Shown here: in pieces, positions 1 to 10,418 of the stretch
Layout: each line of letters opens with the position of its first letter
Numbering within the stretch: position 1 is the stretch's first letter
From: Polyangiales bacterium
GTDB taxonomy: Bacteria; Myxococcota_A; Polyangia; Polyangiales; Polyangiaceae
DNA: 64,000 nucleotides
Direction of reading: 5' to 3'
NCBI GenBank assembly: GCA_038230375.1
Contig: JBBRNJ010000016.1
Location: 59,175-123,174 of the forward strand
Notes under the pieces: generated by a model
Database searches by the model: none
The model's input: the letters and a program-made list of their open reading frames with translations, nothing else
What the model was told of the DNA's origin: nothing
Program-made: the position numbers and the translations under genes

Positions 1-461
1 TGCTGCGCACGGACCGCCACCTGGTGTGCGTGAACGGCTGGACGCGGCTTGGCATGCTCGCGGACCTCGCGTTCTCGTTCTCGGGTACGCACAAGGCGCT
101 CTCCTATGCGTCGCACCTGGTCTACATCCAGAACGAGCACGCCAACGACAAGGCGGCGAAGATGCCCAAGATCGACGTGCGCATGCTCTCACCGGAGGGC
201 GACAAGGACGTGATCGCACGGCTGCGCGACGACAAGGTCGGCCCAGTGCCGGTCTTCGATGACCCGTGCTGGTTCGAGGGCTCTGGCAAGCGCTGCGACG
301 CAGACGTGGACGCGAAGACCAAGGCGGCTCCGAGCGATGACCCGATGGCCTCTGCAGGCCCGGACACGGACGAAGAGCCTGGTGCCGCGGGCTCGCCCCG
401 CTCGCGCAGGTTGACAGCGGCTCACGTCTCGACCAGAACCAAGACGCACAAGAAGCCATGA
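1..461 (+). CDS. Hypothetical protein, 5'-truncated by the window edge
   Basis: Frame is open from position 3 ([13 protein letters not shown]...) to TGA at 461, which overlaps the next ATG (ATGA). Confidence 0.6.
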   Translation, partial: LRTDRHLVCVNGWTRLGMLADLAFSFSGTHKALSYASHLVYIQNEHANDKAAKMPKIDVRMLSPEGDKDVIARLRDDKVGPVPVFDDPCWFEGSGKRCDADVDAKTKAAPSDDPMASAGPDTDEEPGAAGSPRSRRLTAAHVSTRTKTHKKP

Positions 462-865
462 CCGAGCAGAAGAAACTCCGCATCCTCGTCGCGAAGCCCG
501 GCCTGGACGGCCACGACCGCGGCGCGAAGGTCGTTGCCCGCGCGCTCCGCGACGCCGGGTTCGAGGTCATCTACACGGGCCTCCACCAGACCCCCGAGAT
601 GATCGCGAACGCCGCCATCCAGGAGGACGTCGACGCGGTCGGCCTGTCCATCATGAGTGGCGCGCACAACACGCTCTTCCCCGCGGTCATCCAGGCGCTC
701 CGGGCCAAGGGCGTCGATGACATGGTGGTGTTCGGCGGCGGCATCATCCCCGACGGTGACATGCAGCCCCTGAAGGACGCCGGCGTGAAGGGCGTCTTCA
801 CGCCGGGCACGCGGCTCGACGAGATCATCACCTGGGTGCAGACGAACGTCGCGCCGCGCGCGTGA
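458..865 (+). CDS. Cobalamin-binding subunit of the methylmalonyl-CoA mutase family (stand-alone C-terminal domain)
   Basis: [13 protein letters not shown] (DxHxxG), GLSIMSGAH and VFGGGIIP motifs. Confidence 0.93.
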   Translation: MTEQKKLRILVAKPGLDGHDRGAKVVARALRDAGFEVIYTGLHQTPEMIANAAIQEDVDAVGLSIMSGAHNTLFPAVIQALRAKGVDDMVVFGGGIIPDGDMQPLKDAGVKGVFTPGTRLDEIITWVQTNVAPRA

Positions 866-2988
866 GGCTACTGCCCGCCGCGGTTCTCGTTGTGGCGGCA
901 GCAACCGTCGTTGGCATCGCGTGCAGCCCGGCCGATGCGCCAGCCATTGCTCACACCGCGCCTGGCGCGAGCGCCGTCGCAGCGGCTGATGCAGGAGCAC
1001 CTGCCCGGTTCTCGTTCACCGACGTGCAGGTCACTGGCGATCGCACCTGCGCGACGGGCAGCGATCACCTCGCATACCGGTGGGGTGAGGATCTCTCACC
1101 GCGTCCCGTCGCGGTGCCTGGCCTTCGCGCGGTCGTCGCCACGCGCTGCAGCGGTACCGAGGTGTGCGCGCTCGACAGGTACGGCGCGATCACGTGCGTC
1201 GGCAGATCGCAGCGGCGCGCAACGCACGACGAACCCGATGGTCCGGACAAGATCACGGGACTGCCGCCTGCGTCTTCATTTGCTCTCAACGGCGAAGGCG
1301 GCTGCGCGATCGCATCTGGCGATCTCTGGTGCTGGCGCCACGCGCGCTTCACCGCGGACGATTTCCCCGTTGTAGAGCCCGTTCTTGGCATTCACGACGT
1401 GCTCACGATGCACACGAACTTCGCCGGCCACACCTGTGTGACGCGAAAGACGGGGGTGCCGCTCTGCGTGTCGCCGTTCCCGCAGCCACGTGCAGCGCCC
1501 TTCAAGAAGGGAGCAGGCGGCGCGGACGTCGACGCGGGCCTTTCGCCGCTGAAACGCACCATCGTGGAGCTCGCGAAGTGGCCTGACGCGCGCGACGTGC
1601 TCCCGCTCAACGAAGACACGCTCCATGTCTGCGCGATCCTCCAGAACGGATCGAGCACGTGCGACGGTGAAGGTGACGTCCCGGGCATCACGCTCGCGCG
1701 CGCCGTCGGCGACGGGCATGCCGCCTCGTTCTTCGACGCGACCGATGCGTTCGCGTGCGTGAGGCTGGACTCCGGCGAGGCACGGTGCGCGGCGGACTAC
1801 TTCGAACAGAGCCACCTCGGACGCGTCGCGAGGACGCTCGGGCATCCGAGCGCCGTCTCGGTCGGTGAGGGGCACGCCTGCGCGATCGGCGCGGACGGCC
1901 TTGTGTGCTGGGGCAGCGCGAGCCGGGGACAGCTCGGTGACGGCACGCCGTACAATCACGCGCGTCCCGCGAAGGTCCCGAACATCAACGACGCCATGCG
2001 GCTCTCCGTGGGGCCAGAGCTCACGTGCGTGATCCACAAGGACGGCGCGCTGTCCTGCTGGGGCGCGTGGCGGGACGACAGCTCGGTGCGCTCGCGCGCG
2101 TCAGAACAGTTCACGCCTGTGCGCATCACGCCGCCGTTTGCAGCGAGCAACGTGTTCGTGGGGTCGCGCCTCTCCAACGTGCTGTGCGCGATGGGGCCCG
2201 CGGGTGCGTCGTGTCTCATGGGCGCGGACTGGATGCCGGTCACGTTGCCGCATCGAAAGATCAAGGGGATCGTCAACGGCGCCGTCGTGACGGACGACAA
2301 CCGCGCATTCGGCTTCGGCTGGGAGGGCGGGCGCATTGTCACCGAGCCGGAGGACTTCGAGAAGGCCGGTATTCGAATCGCAAGCGTCGCGCCGGATGAC
2401 TACTGCGGCGTGACCCAAGACGGCGACGTGGTGTGTGGCCATTGCGGCGGGTGCAACGGAGCCGAGGCCAAGAAGGTGATGACACGCATCCACGGCACGC
2501 AGCCGTTCGTGGAGGTGACCTCGCTGCTCGCGCCGCCGAGCGTGTTCAATCAGGTCGTCTGCGCGCGGACGGCCTCCGGGACGGCAGAGTGCTACACGGG
2601 CGCAAACCTTCCGTGGGGTCGCTCGACCGACCTGAAACGAACCTGGGAACCAGAGCTCGCTGCGCAGCATGATCTCGTGCAGATCTCCGCATATCACGGG
2701 TCTGGCAACGACAACTTGCTCTGCACGCTCGACAAGCAGGGCGCGGTCCGCTGCCTTGGTGACGACAACCACGGGCAGCGCGGCGCGCGTCAGAAGGGCA
2801 GCACGGAGCTCATGCCCGTCGTCATGGATCTTCCGCCGGTGGTGGAGATCGGGACCGCAGCGGACCATGCGTGCGCGCGCACCGCGGGCGGTGATGTCTA
2901 CTGCTGGGGCTCCAACGAGCGCGGCGGTGCGCCGGACGGTGCGCCCGGCCTGCGCGAAGCCCCCGTGAAGGTCGCGCCTCCCGGCTGA
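862..2988 (+). CDS. RCC1/BLIP-II repeat lipoprotein
   Basis: Signal peptide with lipobox-like GIAC; repeated HACA...G.V.CWG.N..GQLG units. Confidence 0.8.
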   Translation: MRLLPAAVLVVAAATVVGIACSPADAPAIAHTAPGASAVAAADAGAPARFSFTDVQVTGDRTCATGSDHLAYRWGEDLSPRPVAVPGLRAVVATRCSGTEVCALDRYGAITCVGRSQRRATHDEPDGPDKITGLPPASSFALNGEGGCAIASGDLWCWRHARFTADDFPVVEPVLGIHDVLTMHTNFAGHTCVTRKTGVPLCVSPFPQPRAAPFKKGAGGADVDAGLSPLKRTIVELAKWPDARDVLPLNEDTLHVCAILQNGSSTCDGEGDVPGITLARAVGDGHAASFFDATDAFACVRLDSGEARCAADYFEQSHLGRVARTLGHPSAVSVGEGHACAIGADGLVCWGSASRGQLGDGTPYNHARPAKVPNINDAMRLSVGPELTCVIHKDGALSCWGAWRDDSSVRSRASEQFTPVRITPPFAASNVFVGSRLSNVLCAMGPAGASCLMGADWMPVTLPHRKIKGIVNGAVVTDDNRAFGFGWEGGRIVTEPEDFEKAGIRIASVAPDDYCGVTQDGDVVCGHCGGCNGAEAKKVMTRIHGTQPFVEVTSLLAPPSVFNQVVCARTASGTAECYTGANLPWGRSTDLKRTWEPELAAQHDLVQISAYHGSGNDNLLCTLDKQGAVRCLGDDNHGQRGARQKGSTELMPVVMDLPPVVEIGTAADHACARTAGGDVYCWGSNERGGAPDGAPGLREAPVKVAPPG

Positions 2989-3001
2989 GGCTTGCAGAGG
3001 T

Positions 3002-4654
3002 TCAGCGCGCGCGACCTCGCCGGCGCCACACCAGAAGCAGCGCAACGGCGCCGAGCGCGACGCGTGAGACTGGGCTCTTTTTTCCATGGCCACGGCGCGC
3101 CGCTGAGCAATCACCGCCACCGCCACCGCCGCCACCGCCGCTGCATCCGTCGGCTCCGCCACCACCACCACCGCCGCTGCACCCATCCCCGCCGCCGCCG
3201 CCGCTGTCGCCGCTGCATCCGTCGCTACCGCTCGAATCGGAGCTCGAGCCGCACCCATCGCTGCTGCTCGAGTCGCTACTGCTGCTGCTGCTGGAATCGC
3301 AGCTGTCCCCGGAGGTGTCCACCGCCACCCCGACGTCCGCGGATGGATCGACGTAGTCGCTGCTGCCGAAGTCACCGCCTCCGCCGCTGCTGCCGGCTCC
3401 GACGTTGGCGCCGCCGAAGCCGCCCGCGCTGCCTGCGGTCTCGCCCGCCGTGCGGCACGCCAGATCGTACTCGAGCGACGCGACCACCGTGCTCTGCTCC
3501 GCGCCACCGAGGACCACGTTGGCCGTGCTGTCGCCCGTGGTCACGGCGCGCGTCACTGCGAGCGCGGCGGGCGTGGCGTTCGAGAGCGCGAGCGCGAAGT
3601 CGTCGCCTCCGCAGCGGAGCGTGTGCGCGTCCGTCTCGCCTGCGAGCACGCCCTCATCACACGACGCGCCGCCGAACCACGCGAGGGCGCCGGCCGCGCA
3701 CGTGTGCGACACGCGCGCGTTGCTAGCGGCGAGCAGCTGCGACGCAAGGCCGCATGTGTCTGGTCCGAAGTACGATCCAGCGACGGAGGGGATGGTGAGC
3801 GATTGATCAGCGCGCGCCACAAACAGGCCACGATGGCTCGCGGACTCGATCAGGAAGCGACCCTCTCCTACGCCCACGAGCGCGTTCCAGCGCACCGTTG
3901 GATAGTTCGAGCCGCGCGCGCCCCACGTGATCTCCGGCGGTGCGACTGCGCCGAGGAGCACGGGTGCCCCGCCGAAGGCCGCAGGACCAGGTCCGATCGC
4001 GTACACGGTGCTGAACGACGGATGCACACCAGCACCGACGCTGGTGGACGGCGAACCGTTCGCCGCGCTCGGCCACGTCACACGGACCGTTGGCGTGCGC
4101 ACGGGACCTTGGGTTGCACCGAAGCGGAGCGCGAGCAGCGCAGAGCCGGCGAGGAACGCGGAGTGCGCGGCGGTGATGGTCTCGCCGTCCAGCTCCAGGT
4201 CGCTGCCATAGGTTGCGAGGTCGGCGTCGCCGAAGAGAATGCGAGCATCGGATGGGGAGAGCCGCGCGCCGTGCGCTGCCGTCGTCGAGACCTCCGCGGT
4301 CCCGAGAGCGTTGCACGGCGCTGGCGCGGCAGGCGGGACGATCCGCGCCGCATACGCGACGTCCAGAGCGCCAAGCCATGCGTCGCTACCGAGGTCCGCG
4401 CGCGCGCCCGGCGGTAGCGGGATGAGCCAGACGAAGCCGCCCGAGCTCGCGTCGAGTCGGGTCCAGCTCGTCGTTTGGTCGGCGCCGAAGGTCGTCGCGA
4501 CCTCCTCACCAGTGACCTGCACCCGGGTGTCCTTCAAGGGGGACAGCAGGCCGCGAGCCTCTGCCCGGTCGGCCCCGACTGTGAACGAAGCGATGGCGAG
4601 CAACGCGGCGCCCGCCCGGGCCGATGGTCTGATGAAGCGGTTCACACCCCGCAT
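3002..4654 (-). CDS. Secreted DUF2330-like protein with Gly/Ser linker and MYXO-CTERM-like C-terminal anchor
   Basis: Signal peptide after ATG 4654; FVWLIPLP..A..DLGSDAWL..LD resembles DUF2330; the C-terminus is GDCSAA, a hydrophobic helix, then RRRGRAR. Confidence 0.65.
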   Translation of the reverse strand: MRGVNRFIRPSARAGAALLAIASFTVGADRAEARGLLSPLKDTRVQVTGEEVATTFGADQTTSWTRLDASSGGFVWLIPLPPGARADLGSDAWLGALDVAYAARIVPPAAPAPCNALGTAEVSTTAAHGARLSPSDARILFGDADLATYGSDLELDGETITAAHSAFLAGSALLALRFGATQGPVRTPTVRVTWPSAANGSPSTSVGAGVHPSFSTVYAIGPGPAAFGGAPVLLGAVAPPEITWGARGSNYPTVRWNALVGVGEGRFLIESASHRGLFVARADQSLTIPSVAGSYFGPDTCGLASQLLAASNARVSHTCAAGALAWFGGASCDEGVLAGETDAHTLRCGGDDFALALSNATPAALAVTRAVTTGDSTANVVLGGAEQSTVVASLEYDLACRTAGETAGSAGGFGGANVGAGSSGGGGDFGSSDYVDPSADVGVAVDTSGDSCDSSSSSSSDSSSSDGCGSSSDSSGSDGCSGDSGGGGGDGCSGGGGGGGADGCSGGGGGGGGGDCSAARRGHGKKSPVSRVALGAVALLLVWRRRGRAR

Positions 4655-4848
4655 CCAGCAACGCTCATGCCCGCGCCCTTTCGTACGAAAGGCCGCAAAA
4701 TATGCCTGCAACGTGCGTTCACGCGGAGCCGGCTTCACGTGAACGTTCCACCGTGAACCCACGTCCACGCGTCGTCTTGTGGATTCACCTACAGGGACCA
4801 CCTGCCGCGACCGTTCCCCTGAGAGGTTCAGTCGCAGAAGGGGTCATC

Positions 4849-6288
4849 ATGCGCAGGTTCTGTCTTCTCTCGGTCGTCGGGCTCGTCAGCGGTGTCGTCG
4901 TGCTTGCTGCATGTAGCAGCGGCGGTACATCGGGGAGTGGTTCAGGCGGAGCCAGTACTGCGGGAGGAGTTGGTGGTCCCGGCTCCGACGGAGGCAGCGG
5001 CGCGGGCGGGTCGGGCGCCAACGCGAGCGGCCACAGCGGCGGCTCGCTCAGCCTGCGCGTGGGCGCGGCTGGCCAACCGAAAGGCGCATCGCATGCGTAC
5101 ACGATGGGTCAGTCCACGACCGACTCGCTCACGAGCCTCAAGTACTACATCACCTCCGTCAGCATCTGCGAGGAGCTCGACACGGGTGGTGGCTCTGGCT
5201 TTCAGAATCCGAAGAACTGTCTGGACATCTATCATGCAGACCGCGGCGCGTTCTCGTACGACCCCATGCTCGACTACTCGGGACTGGCCGCAGCAGCGCG
5301 TGCGAGCGACGTTGGCTTCGTGGACCTCCTGAATCCCGCGTCGCGCGCGACGCTCGGCGCGAGCGTCATGTTGAAGGATGCCGACGCCCACACCTACAAC
5401 TGGGGGATCATCACCTGGGTGCCGGTGGTGAAGCTCACCGCCAGCGTTCCCATGAGCGACGGCTCCACGTGGTACACGCACGACGGGACGTCCTCACGCA
5501 CCGTGCAGAACATGGTGCCGAACTACGTCACGACGTCCAGCGCGCCGTTCACCACCGGCCCTGCATCGGAGGCTGTCGTGCTCTCCGCGAATGGCGGTAC
5601 GTGGTTCCGGTTCCAGCATCCGTTCTCGATCGCTGCTGGGGACGTCACGAGCGGTGAGGCCTTCGTGCTCGATCTCACGCTCGACCCAGATGCGCTCGTC
5701 ACCGGCGGACCGGTGCCCGGCTCTGGCACGCTTCGCGAAGGCGGCGATGGGGGAGGAGGGGGCGCACGCGAGCTTCACATTCCATCGCTCGATCTCACGC
5801 CGGTGCCGCACAAGGGAAGCACACGTGCGGTGCGCGAGACGTACCTGGCGGATGTCGGCAGCGCCTTCCGGCTGCGTCTGGAGCTCTACACGCTCGAGGA
5901 CGATCCGAACCACACCATCTACGGCGTCGACACGCGCACGATCTACCGGGGCGGCTCGTCGTGGGTGAGCGAATTCGCCAAGGTCTCGTACCTGGAGGAC
6001 AAGCCGGGCGGCACGGAGTTTCAGAACTGGGACAAGAGCCCCGAGCTCGAAGGCTTCCATCGCGGTGTGACGGTGGGCGACACCACAGACGCCATGCTGC
6101 ACTGCGCCTCGTCCGGCACGCCCGGCGGCGCGGCGGCTGCGGTGACCTACGATGGATGTCCCATGGGAGGTGCAGTCCCCGTCACGTTCCGTCTCACCAG
6201 CATCACGCGGCTTGGCGCGGCCATGGACAGCGGTGACGGCGGCACTGGTGACGAGGGTGGAGCCCCGCACCCGGACGCGGGCGAGTGA
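4849..6288 (+). CDS. Hypothetical lipoprotein
   Basis: MRRFCLL...VLAAC lipobox, Gly/Ser tether, then a globular region; GC-rich third codon positions. Confidence 0.75.
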   Translation: MRRFCLLSVVGLVSGVVVLAACSSGGTSGSGSGGASTAGGVGGPGSDGGSGAGGSGANASGHSGGSLSLRVGAAGQPKGASHAYTMGQSTTDSLTSLKYYITSVSICEELDTGGGSGFQNPKNCLDIYHADRGAFSYDPMLDYSGLAAAARASDVGFVDLLNPASRATLGASVMLKDADAHTYNWGIITWVPVVKLTASVPMSDGSTWYTHDGTSSRTVQNMVPNYVTTSSAPFTTGPASEAVVLSANGGTWFRFQHPFSIAAGDVTSGEAFVLDLTLDPDALVTGGPVPGSGTLREGGDGGGGGARELHIPSLDLTPVPHKGSTRAVRETYLADVGSAFRLRLELYTLEDDPNHTIYGVDTRTIYRGGSSWVSEFAKVSYLEDKPGGTEFQNWDKSPELEGFHRGVTVGDTTDAMLHCASSGTPGGAAAAVTYDGCPMGGAVPVTFRLTSITRLGAAMDSGDGGTGDEGGAPHPDAGE

Positions 6289-6301
6289 GCACGTGACGTG
6301 A

Positions 6302-7180
6302 TCAGTCCGTGGGCTCGCACGAGCCGCGCGCGCGGTCCAGTCGCTCGCGGGCCCACTCTGCCCGTCGCTGCACGCGTGCACGCTCATCTTCGGCGTTCAG
6401 GATGCGCGGCTTGCGCGAACGGATCGGTCCGAGCACCTCGTGTCGCGCGACCCTTGCCGCGGATACCATGTCCTTGAATCGATCGAACACCTGCACCTCG
6501 CCTTCCGGCGCGTGGCGCGAGTGGTGGCTCTTGCCCCCCGCCAGGTAGTGGTACTGGCCCCACTTGTTGCCTTCCATGGCGTGGATGGTGAGCGCTTGCT
6601 CGCGCAGGATCCCGGGCGGCGCGGAGTACACGATGAAGCCGCCCAGGCGCTGCATCTTCTCGCGTGCGCGAAGCGCGCGCATGTCGTCGTGGGTCCACGT
6701 GTAGCGTCGCTGATCGCGCGCGTCGTCGCGCTCGCGTCGCGCGTCGGGCATGCCGAACGTGTGGAACCGGATGGTGGTGCCAGTGGCGTCGTCGCGAAGG
6801 CGACCGCGCAGGGCAACGAGCAGGTCCGCGTCGATCCGCGCGAGCCCGTCCTGCATGAGCAGGATCGGCAGCGCGGGATCGGCCTCGAACGGCGTGGGCG
6901 AGAGATGTGGGCCGCAGATGAGCACGCACGTGCCCGACAAGCGCTGGAACGAGAGCGCCCAGAGGAGGCGCCCGAGCACCTGCGCGCCCTCGGCGTCCGT
7001 GAGGATGTGCCAGGTGTCGTGGAAGTAGTTCATGCTGAAGCGCGCCGCGGTCCCTGCGCGCAGCGTGGCAACGCGGAACGTGAATCCGTGCACGGAGAGC
7101 AGGCGCATGTGCAGCTTGAGGCCCTTTGCGTGGGCGCGCCGCTCGTCGTCGTCTGCATGGTTCTTGGTGTCGAGGTTCAT
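6302..7180 (-). CDS. Uncharacterised protein, probable target of the adjacent sigma54 activator
   Basis: 292-aa ORF with globular composition, preceded by a sigma54 -24/-12 promoter. Confidence 0.75.
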   Translation of the reverse strand: MNLDTKNHADDDERRAHAKGLKLHMRLLSVHGFTFRVATLRAGTAARFSMNYFHDTWHILTDAEGAQVLGRLLWALSFQRLSGTCVLICGPHLSPTPFEADPALPILLMQDGLARIDADLLVALRGRLRDDATGTTIRFHTFGMPDARRERDDARDQRRYTWTHDDMRALRAREKMQRLGGFIVYSAPPGILREQALTIHAMEGNKWGQYHYLAGGKSHHSRHAPEGEVQVFDRFKDMVSAARVARHEVLGPIRSRKPRILNAEDERARVQRRAEWARERLDRARGSCEPTD

Positions 7181-7207
7181 GATGGCTTGATCGCTTCATC
7201 GCCCATG

Positions 7208-7223
7208 AGCATCCGCCGTGCCA
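7208..7223 (-). promoter_or_regulatory. Sigma54 -24/-12 promoter
   Basis: Minus strand reads TGGCACGGCGGATGCT (GG-N10-GC; one mismatch to TGGCACG-N4-TTGC), 27 nt upstream of the ATG at 7180. Confidence 0.8.
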
Positions 7224-7269
7224 TCGTCGCGGGCGCCGATCCTGGCTGGATTTCGAGTCCTCCTGCCTG

Positions 7270-7331
7270 GGTGGTTCTCCATGAACCACCACAAAGGTCC
7301 TCAAAGAACCAGTCATGGTCTATGATGAACC
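7270..7331. promoter_or_regulatory. Three GGTYY-N5-GAACC palindromic sites, putative enhancer/operator for the RtcR-like activator
   Basis: GGTTC-TCCAT-GAACC (7273-7287, extends to the perfect GGTGGTTC/GAACCACC), GGTCC-TCAAA-GAACC (7296-7310) and GGTCT-ATGAT-GAACC (7317-7331). Confidence 0.65.
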
Positions 7332-8886
7332 AGTGCAGCGGGTTCTCCTCACATGGTCCGATCGCGGCATCGACGGACCCGCGCCCTCGCACCAGGGAAA
7401 GCGACCCGCGAGCGATCATGGCCCCGTGCTGCGGCTGCTCGCGGAGACCGAGCCATCGCGAGCCTACGATCATGCCCTGGTGCTGACGGTGCCGCGGGGC
7501 CTCTCGCTTGCCCGCACGCTGGCTGCTGACATGAAGGCGCGCGTGCGGGAGGTCGACGTTCGCGCGATCGCCCTTTCCGATCCCTCCGACTACAAGGAGC
7601 TCTTCACCGCGCTCGCGCCGCTGGCGCGTGAAATCGAACGTTCGTTTCCCAGGTCGGCGTGGAGCGTGGACGTGCTCCTGTCCGCGGGAACTCCGCAGGC
7701 GCAGACGCTCTGGGTGATCCTGTCGCAGGCGGAGATGCTGCACGCGCGCCTGCTCCAGGTGATCCCTGCGGCGTTCGTGCCCGTGCCGCACCCGCGCGCC
7801 ATTCGCGAGGTGTCGCTCGACATCGAAGGCTTCCCCGAGATTCGCGTGCTCCGCGAGGAGGTCACGCGGCTCCGCGCAGAGGTCCGCGCGCGTGCGTCGG
7901 CTGTCGTGGCGGAGAGTCCCGCGATGAAGGAGCTCATGACGCGCGTGGTGCGTGTGGCGCAGAGCGAGCTGCCCGTGCTCGTCACGGGCGAGACCGGCTC
8001 CGGCAAGGAGCTCGTAGCGCGTGCGCTTCACGATGGGAGCGCGCGCGCGCAGGGCCCGTTCGTCGCGGAGAACTGCGGCGCCCTCGCGGAGAGCGTGCTT
8101 GCGAGCGAGCTGTTCGGTCACGCGGCAGGCTCGTTCACGGGCGCGTCCTCGCGGCACCGCGGCCTCTTCGAACAGGCGCACGGCGGCACCATCTTCCTCG
8201 ACGAGGTCGCGGAGTTGCCGCTGCAGGTACAGGCGATGCTCCTGCGCGTGCTGCAAGAGGGGCTCGTGCGTCGGGTGGGTGGCGAAAAGACGTTCAAGGT
8301 GGACGTGCGCGTGGTCGCGGCGACGCACCGTGATCTCGCCGCGATGGTCGCGAAGGGCACGTTTCGTGAGGATCTCTACTATCGGTTGCGCGGCGCCACG
8401 CTGCGTGTGCCTCCGCTGCGCGAGCGCGTGAGCGACATCCCCGCCATGGTGCGCGCGTTCCTGGCAGATGCGGGCTCGCCTCGGCGCGCGCGCAAGCTCA
8501 CCGTCACCCCCGCGGCGATACGCGTGCTCGCCGGCTACGCGTGGCCCGGCAACGTACGCGAGCTGAAGAGCGAGGTCGCGCGGTGGCTCGTGTTCTGCGA
8601 TGACGACGTCGGGGTCCTTGATCTGACGCCGGAGATCGTGAATGCCCCGGCACCGCGCCGACGTGCGAAGACCGCGCAGCAGCCGGGTGTGGTCGCTTCG
8701 GCAGAAGTGCGTCCCCTCGCAGAGACGATCTTCGACGTGGAGCGCGAGGAGGTGACGCGCGCCATGTCCGTGCACGCGGGCAACCTCCAGCAGACCGCGC
8801 TTGCACTGGGTATCGAGCGCAATACCCTGAAAAGAAAGCTCCGCGCGTACGGCCTCTATCCAAAGCGAAGAGCGCGTCGCCTGTGA
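7315..8886 (+). CDS. RtcR-like sigma54-dependent transcriptional activator (CARF-type N-domain, AAA+, Fis HTH); true start may be GTG 7333
   Basis: GETGSGKE, GSFTGA, FLDEV, FREDLYYRL, WPGNVREL and a C-terminal HTH. N-domain IALSDPSDYKELF...LLSAGTPQAQTLWVIL...ARLLQ matches the RtcR pattern DPWDFEEVY...ITTGTHVAQICWFLL...ARLIQ. Confidence 0.85.
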   Translation: MVYDEPVQRVLLTWSDRGIDGPAPSHQGKRPASDHGPVLRLLAETEPSRAYDHALVLTVPRGLSLARTLAADMKARVREVDVRAIALSDPSDYKELFTALAPLAREIERSFPRSAWSVDVLLSAGTPQAQTLWVILSQAEMLHARLLQVIPAAFVPVPHPRAIREVSLDIEGFPEIRVLREEVTRLRAEVRARASAVVAESPAMKELMTRVVRVAQSELPVLVTGETGSGKELVARALHDGSARAQGPFVAENCGALAESVLASELFGHAAGSFTGASSRHRGLFEQAHGGTIFLDEVAELPLQVQAMLLRVLQEGLVRRVGGEKTFKVDVRVVAATHRDLAAMVAKGTFREDLYYRLRGATLRVPPLRERVSDIPAMVRAFLADAGSPRRARKLTVTPAAIRVLAGYAWPGNVRELKSEVARWLVFCDDDVGVLDLTPEIVNAPAPRRRAKTAQQPGVVASAEVRPLAETIFDVEREEVTRAMSVHAGNLQQTALALGIERNTLKRKLRAYGLYPKRRARRL

Positions 8887-8906
8887 GCTAACTAAGTGCC
8901 TGTGAG

Positions 8907-10409
8907 CTATGGTCTGGGAGGGTTCCGTTCGTAGAGGAGGTTGGGCACCGAGTACAGCCCGACCACGTCCGCCATGTTCACGGACTCCATCCTCCGCACG
9001 AAGTGGTAGTCGCTCGCGAGCATGCCCTGGAGCAGCGCCTCTGCGCCTTCGCCGGTCAGCAGGAAGTAGCGCGGCTTGCGCGCACGAAGGTCCGCGAGGT
9101 ACGCGTCGCCCGTGACGTTCGGTATGTGCGCTGCCTGCGAGTCCAGCAGCGATAGCAAGGAGGTCTGCGGCTCGGTGTGACCGGCCAGCACAGGCAGGAA
9201 TGGATAGATTGGACACACCACGTCGCCGTCGAGCTTCGCGATCTCATCCACAAAGTGCTCCGCGCGGCGCTGCGCTTCCTGCGTGGGCCGGAAGGGGTCT
9301 TGCTCCGTCACGCGTCCGAGCAGAAACGCGGCGAGCGCCAGCGCGACGACCCGCGCAGGCCGCGTGCCCTCGCCGAGCCAGGTGGACGCGGTCTCCGACA
9401 GGACGAGCACCATCGGGATCGGCGTGAGCATCAGCAGCGGCAAGAAGTTGTTCGCGTCGCCCCAGATCTTTGCGTAGGCGATGAGCGCGCCCGGGATCGC
9501 CGCGAGCGTCGAGAACACCCAGAAGCGCGTGCCAGGTGACAGCTTCCTGAAGCGCGCGAGCCCGAGCAGGATGGTCAACGGCAGCTGCACGGAGCCGATG
9601 ACGAGGACCGAGAGACCTGTGACTGCGCGCCCCGGCAGGAACACGTGGTGGCGCAGTCCGAACATGTAGATCGCGAAGCCGCCGTGGCTCGAGGTCTGCA
9701 GCGCGACGTAGGTCCCGACCGAGAGCGCGCCGAACGTGACCGCGTAGATGAGCCCGCTGCGAAGGTGCGAGCCGCCGAGCAAGAGCCCCATCGCCACGCC
9801 AGAGGCCAGGTGTAGCTGCTTGGTGTAGAGGGCGAGCGTCATGAGCACGCCGACGACGAATGGATGGATGGGCCTCTGAAAGCGCTCCTCCGACGCGATC
9901 TTCGCGCCGACGGCGATGGCGCAGATGAGGAACGCTCCACCCAGCATGTCGACGCGCGCGATGTCGAAGGCGCCGCGCGCCCCCAGGACGGCCGACGTCG
10001 AGAGCGCGATCACGGACAGACCGAGCACGGTTGCATGCGCGCGATCGAATGACAGCTTCGCCATGAGCACGCGCCGTACGTGGAGCGCGCCGACCACCGC
10101 AGAGCCCAAATAGGCACCGTTCGAGACCCCGCGACCCAGAGCGAACGTCACGCCCCCCGTGAGCTTCGAGGCGAGCGCGACGACCGCGTAGTAGACGGGC
10201 GGGTAGGCGTACGGCACGAAGGTCCCGCCGGCCACGGGGTAGAGCGGACGTCCGAGCGCGATCTCGCGCGCCTCGTACATTCCACCGTCCTCCATCCAGT
10301 CGATCGAAAACGGATAGCGCACCCGCATGAAGACGAGGAACCCGTACAGCAGCGCGTGAAGGACGATGAGCAAGAGAAGCGCGAGCCACGTGGGCGCACG
10401 GTCGGACAT
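8907..10409 (-). CDS. Polytopic membrane glycosyltransferase (GT-C fold), paralog 1
   Basis: Many TM helices; IDWMEDG, PYAYPPVYY, RVD and TKQ motifs. Confidence 0.7.
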   Translation of the reverse strand: MSDRAPTWLALLLLIVLHALLYGFLVFMRVRYPFSIDWMEDGGMYEAREIALGRPLYPVAGGTFVPYAYPPVYYAVVALASKLTGGVTFALGRGVSNGAYLGSAVVGALHVRRVLMAKLSFDRAHATVLGLSVIALSTSAVLGARGAFDIARVDMLGGAFLICAIAVGAKIASEERFQRPIHPFVVGVLMTLALYTKQLHLASGVAMGLLLGGSHLRSGLIYAVTFGALSVGTYVALQTSSHGGFAIYMFGLRHHVFLPGRAVTGLSVLVIGSVQLPLTILLGLARFRKLSPGTRFWVFSTLAAIPGALIAYAKIWGDANNFLPLLMLTPIPMVLVLSETASTWLGEGTRPARVVALALAAFLLGRVTEQDPFRPTQEAQRRAEHFVDEIAKLDGDVVCPIYPFLPVLAGHTEPQTSLLSLLDSQAAHIPNVTGDAYLADLRARKPRYFLLTGEGAEALLQGMLASDYHFVRRMESVNMADVVGLYSVPNLLYERNPPRP

Positions 10410-10418
10410 GGGAGGCGT

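Noticed and set aside
2992..3726. Arg/His/Cys-rich ORF resembling a metal-binding peptide
   Set aside because: It is the antisense of the Gly/Ser linker of the DUF2330-like gene.
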